Below are positions 30,900 through 33,628 of a stretch of DNA of 33,628 bases, one piece after another. Each line of letters starts with the position of its first letter. The stretch's first letter is position 1. Source of the stretch: a bacterium (GTDB lineage Bacteria > Hinthialibacterota > Hinthialibacteria > Hinthialibacterales > Hinthialibacteraceae). The stretch lies in NCBI GenBank assembly GCA_963663405.2, contig CAXXSM010000145.1, positions 1-33,628 of the forward strand. Reading direction: 5' to 3'. Position numbers and translations under genes: made by a program. Below the pieces are notes generated by a model that had not been told where the DNA came from, ran no database searches, and worked only from the letters and a program-made list of their open reading frames with translations.

Positions 30900-31932
30900 A
30901 TGAGACAGATTTTGATACATAGAACGATAATTACATTCTCTATAATATTCGTTTTTACGTCTACTAAAGGTTTTGGGACCGGCGATGGCAACTATAATGA
31001 GCATGATTTTTCCGGCCCTGTTCAATGTGCGCATTCCTATTCCATTGCGTTTCCTGGTAAGTTGGGGCATTGGGTAGTGGGTTCTCTGGCTCAGGTTGAG
31101 ATTATTCCCATTGTTTCGCGATGGAATCCAAATCCGGTTCCTTTTCTTACGGATGGGATCTGTTACGAAGAATGGATTCAGGATTTCAATAGAATGGGCC
31201 AGCGGATACGCTTGGCGTTATATAGTGGAGAGGGGGAGCTCAAGGAAACCATTGGTTACGTCTACGATGAAAATAATCGTTGTGACGCTCGATTCTCATG
31301 TGATTCCAAGGGGATCCTTACGGATTATTTATCACATCAATATGATCCGTCAGGGGCGCCTTCTCGAAACAGTTCAATACGCGTCCGGTGGACATGTGAT
31401 TGAAACGTCAGTCTTCGACTACGGTGAAGGCAGTGATCCAGTTCAAGTCATTACGACTGACGCGAAGGGATGCGTGGAAAACACAATTCATCAATACGAT
31501 GAAAAAGGCTCCCGGATTGAGACAACCATATTTGATCAAAACGATGAAATAAAAACGGTCGAAAAATTTCAATATTATGAAGATCGACAGTTAATTTCTA
31601 GATGGCTGTATAACACGAAAGGTGAATTATACAGCTATTGGATTTATGGTTATGACGCGATTGGACGCCGGATTGAAGAGAACCTGTATACAGCTCAAAA
31701 AGGCCTTGAAATGAAGTGGCTATATCAATACAACGAACGGGGAGACGTTGTTGAGGAGACCATTCATGGAGCGAAAAAGGCACGAATCAGTAAAGAGATC
31801 TATATATATAAATATGATGATTGTGGAAACTGGACAGTAAAAGTTACATATTCATTTCTCTTGCGGAAAGGGCAATATACCCCAATTCCTATTAAAGGTG
31901 AATATCGGATCATTCGCTATTATGATGAGTAG
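30900..31932 (+). CDS. Secreted YD/RHS-repeat-like protein (~343 aa, one frameshift)
   Basis: ORFs 30900..31403 and 31096..31932 join by removing one G at ~31353-31356 (YDPSGRLLETVQY). N-terminal hydrophobic leader, ~24 aa repeats YVYDENN, YDEKGSRIE, YGYDAIGRRIEE, YQYNERGD, YKYDDCGNW, ending RIIRYYDE. Confidence 0.8.
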
Positions 31933-31959
31933 GGGATGAATGATGCCACGGGATTGATT

Positions 31960-32796
31960 TCATCGATTTACCCGCTTTGGGAAAGACGGGTTTCGCGTAA
32001 CAATAGACGCATCATGCGGGCATGACATCTGATAGCCGCCGATATCCGCGCTTTTGGTGCAGCCGCATGTCCGCCGCTGACTTGTATCCGCGCCAAGGAA
32101 CATCGCTCCCCCGCCAGTTTCAGACAGAATCGCTCCATTCACGCAGCTCCCGCGTATAATTCCTTCCACCTTCAGAAGGGCGTCATCGCAACAGGATTCC
32201 ATCTGGATTTCCCGCTCCATCGCCATACGGGATAGTGGTTCCAGAATCGCTAATTTCTCCTGCAGGGGAGGATCGTAAAAATTCATATGGCGTTCCACAA
32301 TCCGTTTCTTCACTTTGTTGTACCACGTCACAAAAGAGAATGTGCAGCGGGTTATCCCCCGTCCAGCCATGAAATCAGCGATCCGCTCGAAGGTTCCGAG
32401 ATTGTTTTGTTTTCCCCCATCCCAGAAGACGATTGGATCGAACCGCCAATTGATCTGTTGGGGCTGCCAGCGCTCGCAGATCTCTTCGACTTGCTTGAGA
32501 CGGTCTTCTAAAGGGGGAACGCCCGGTTCCCATTCCGGACAATCGACTAGACTGAAATTGAAATACCACCGGTACTCTTTAGAATGAGAAAGATCTGAAT
32601 CGAGGAAGGGGCGATAATTCTTTGACCACAGTACAATTGTATGCGTGTCTTCCGGACGCAGACTGACGCGATAAAAGCGTTCTCTCACAACGGGATTGCG
32701 CACGTCAACGTATCCTTCGCGGACCCGATTTTCGAACCAGCGCATGTAAAATGCGGGGATATCCGTGCGGCGGGAAGCGGAGATTACGGTACGCAT
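31960..32796 (-). CDS. DUF1848 domain protein (radical-SAM-like); C-terminus probably frameshifted
   Basis: ISASRRTDIPAFY, VLWSKN, WRFDPI, CC..C and QR..CGC..S.DIG. One missing base near 32010 would restore the expected CPHGCVYCYA motif. Confidence 0.9.
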   Translation of the reverse strand: MRTVISASRRTDIPAFYMRWFENRVREGYVDVRNPVVRERFYRVSLRPEDTHTIVLWSKNYRPFLDSDLSHSKEYRWYFNFSLVDCPEWEPGVPPLEDRLKQVEEICERWQPQQINWRFDPIVFWDGGKQNNLGTFERIADFMAGRGITRCTFSFVTWYNKVKKRIVERHMNFYDPPLQEKLAILEPLSRMAMEREIQMESCCDDALLKVEGIIRGSCVNGAILSETGGGAMFLGADTSQRRTCGCTKSADIGGYQMSCPHDASIVTRNPSFPKRVNR

Positions 32797-32816
32797 GGGC
32801 GCCTTGTTATACGTTT

Positions 32817-33628
32817 CTATTGTGGATTTTTATAAAGTAAAAACAGCGGAACGCGGTCGATTTCAATAGATGCGATGGGTTTCAATTGTTTATAGAGAAT
32901 CCATTCCGCTTGTCGCCGAAACATGCCTTGACGGCATTGTAACAGGAAATAATCCGCAGTCAAATCTCCTGTTGGACGCAGATCGGATCGCAGCCAACCA
33001 CGTTCCTGGTCATATTGAATCGGTTCCACGGGCATGCTCAGAGGTTGAAGCGTGTTCCCTTCGGGAATGGTTTCGTTGATGACGGTCAGGAAATCTTTCG
33101 TCAGCGCATCGCACCAGTATGTGGTTTCCATACCTAATTCTTTGGAACCGCGAATCCCCCCGGCGAGTTGGTTGTAGTAACTTAAGTAGAAGGGATGGTG
33201 TTGAACGTAGAAAACGGAGGAAGGCAGAATCAAAATAAAAAGCAATATTGAATGTGAGGGAACATCGCGCAGCGAGCGCTTCAGAATTGTCCAAACGGCG
33301 TGATAGCCGAATCCCGCTAAGCAGGCGGCGAAGGGGAAGCATGGCAGGAACAGACGGCATCCATCGTACGCCTGCGCCAAGGGAAGAAGAACGATCGCCA
33401 GCGGTGTGAGGAACAGCAGCGAGAGAAGCAGGCGCACACCTCCATTCTCAAGAATGATGACGCGGTTTTGCTCCATCTTGTATCGAAGCGTAGAACACAA
33501 TGGGCTGATGAATCCCCAAAGGAAGAAGAATAAAATGGAGAGTGGAACCGTGAACGCGAACATCACAAGGGGATAATGCCACGGCGTGTTCTTTCCATAC
33601 TGGTTTCCAAAATAGTATAAAGGAATGG
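32817..33628 (-). CDS. Polytopic membrane glycosyltransferase (GT-C, ArnT/PMT-like), 5' part outside the window
   Basis: The frame stays open to the window edge. PWHYPLVM, multiple TM helices, YDG.RLFLP.FPF, LSYYNQLAGG..G and METTYW. Confidence 0.7.
   Translation of the reverse strand, partial: IPLYYFGNQYGKNTPWHYPLVMFAFTVPLSILFFFLWGFISPLCSTLRYKMEQNRVIILENGGVRLLLSLLFLTPLAIVLLPLAQAYDGCRLFLPCFPFAACLAGFGYHAVWTILKRSLRDVPSHSILLFILILPSSVFYVQHHPFYLSYYNQLAGGIRGSKELGMETTYWCDALTKDFLTVINETIPEGNTLQPLSMPVEPIQYDQERGWLRSDLRPTGDLTADYFLLQCRQGMFRRQAEWILYKQLKPIASIEIDRVPLFLLYKNPQ

Noticed and set aside
30900-31932. Rhs polymorphic toxin
   Set aside because: Too short, with no RHS core motif, toxin domain or immunity gene.

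Overview
This 33.6 kb bacterial window is GC-moderate with AT-rich spacers. The abundance of Pro/Thr-linker and FG-GAP surface proteins tentatively suggests an OLB16/Hinthialibacterota-like lineage (inference only). The left third is housekeeping: a lytic transglycosylase, recN, larE, pheA-tyrA, a Smg/DUF494 gene and a stand-alone rplU. 9.0-19.5 kb is a minus-strand three-gene cluster of secreted proteins: a ~2,060 aa multidomain beta-rich giant, a ~809 aa fibronectin-III protein and a 532 aa protein with a papain-like Cys-His-Asp motif set. The most striking structure is at 21.6-25.8 kb: a low-GC, integrase-free 4,065 bp unit bracketed by a 157 bp direct repeat of the 3' end of a giant Pro/Thr-rich FG-GAP gene. 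It carries its own promoter-like site and a three-gene operon: soluble PocR/GAF-like histidine kinase, stand-alone receiver domain, and 2-TM membrane protein. The right end holds that ~1,697 aa surface protein with a 42 bp tandem array, a YD/RHS-like repeat protein, a DUF1848 gene and a partial membrane glycosyltransferase. Many genes are broken by single-base indels, mostly insertions, that look like long-read consensus errors. I reconstructed reading frames by hand where possible. No rRNA, tRNA, CRISPR array, integrase, transposase or reverse transcriptase was seen.
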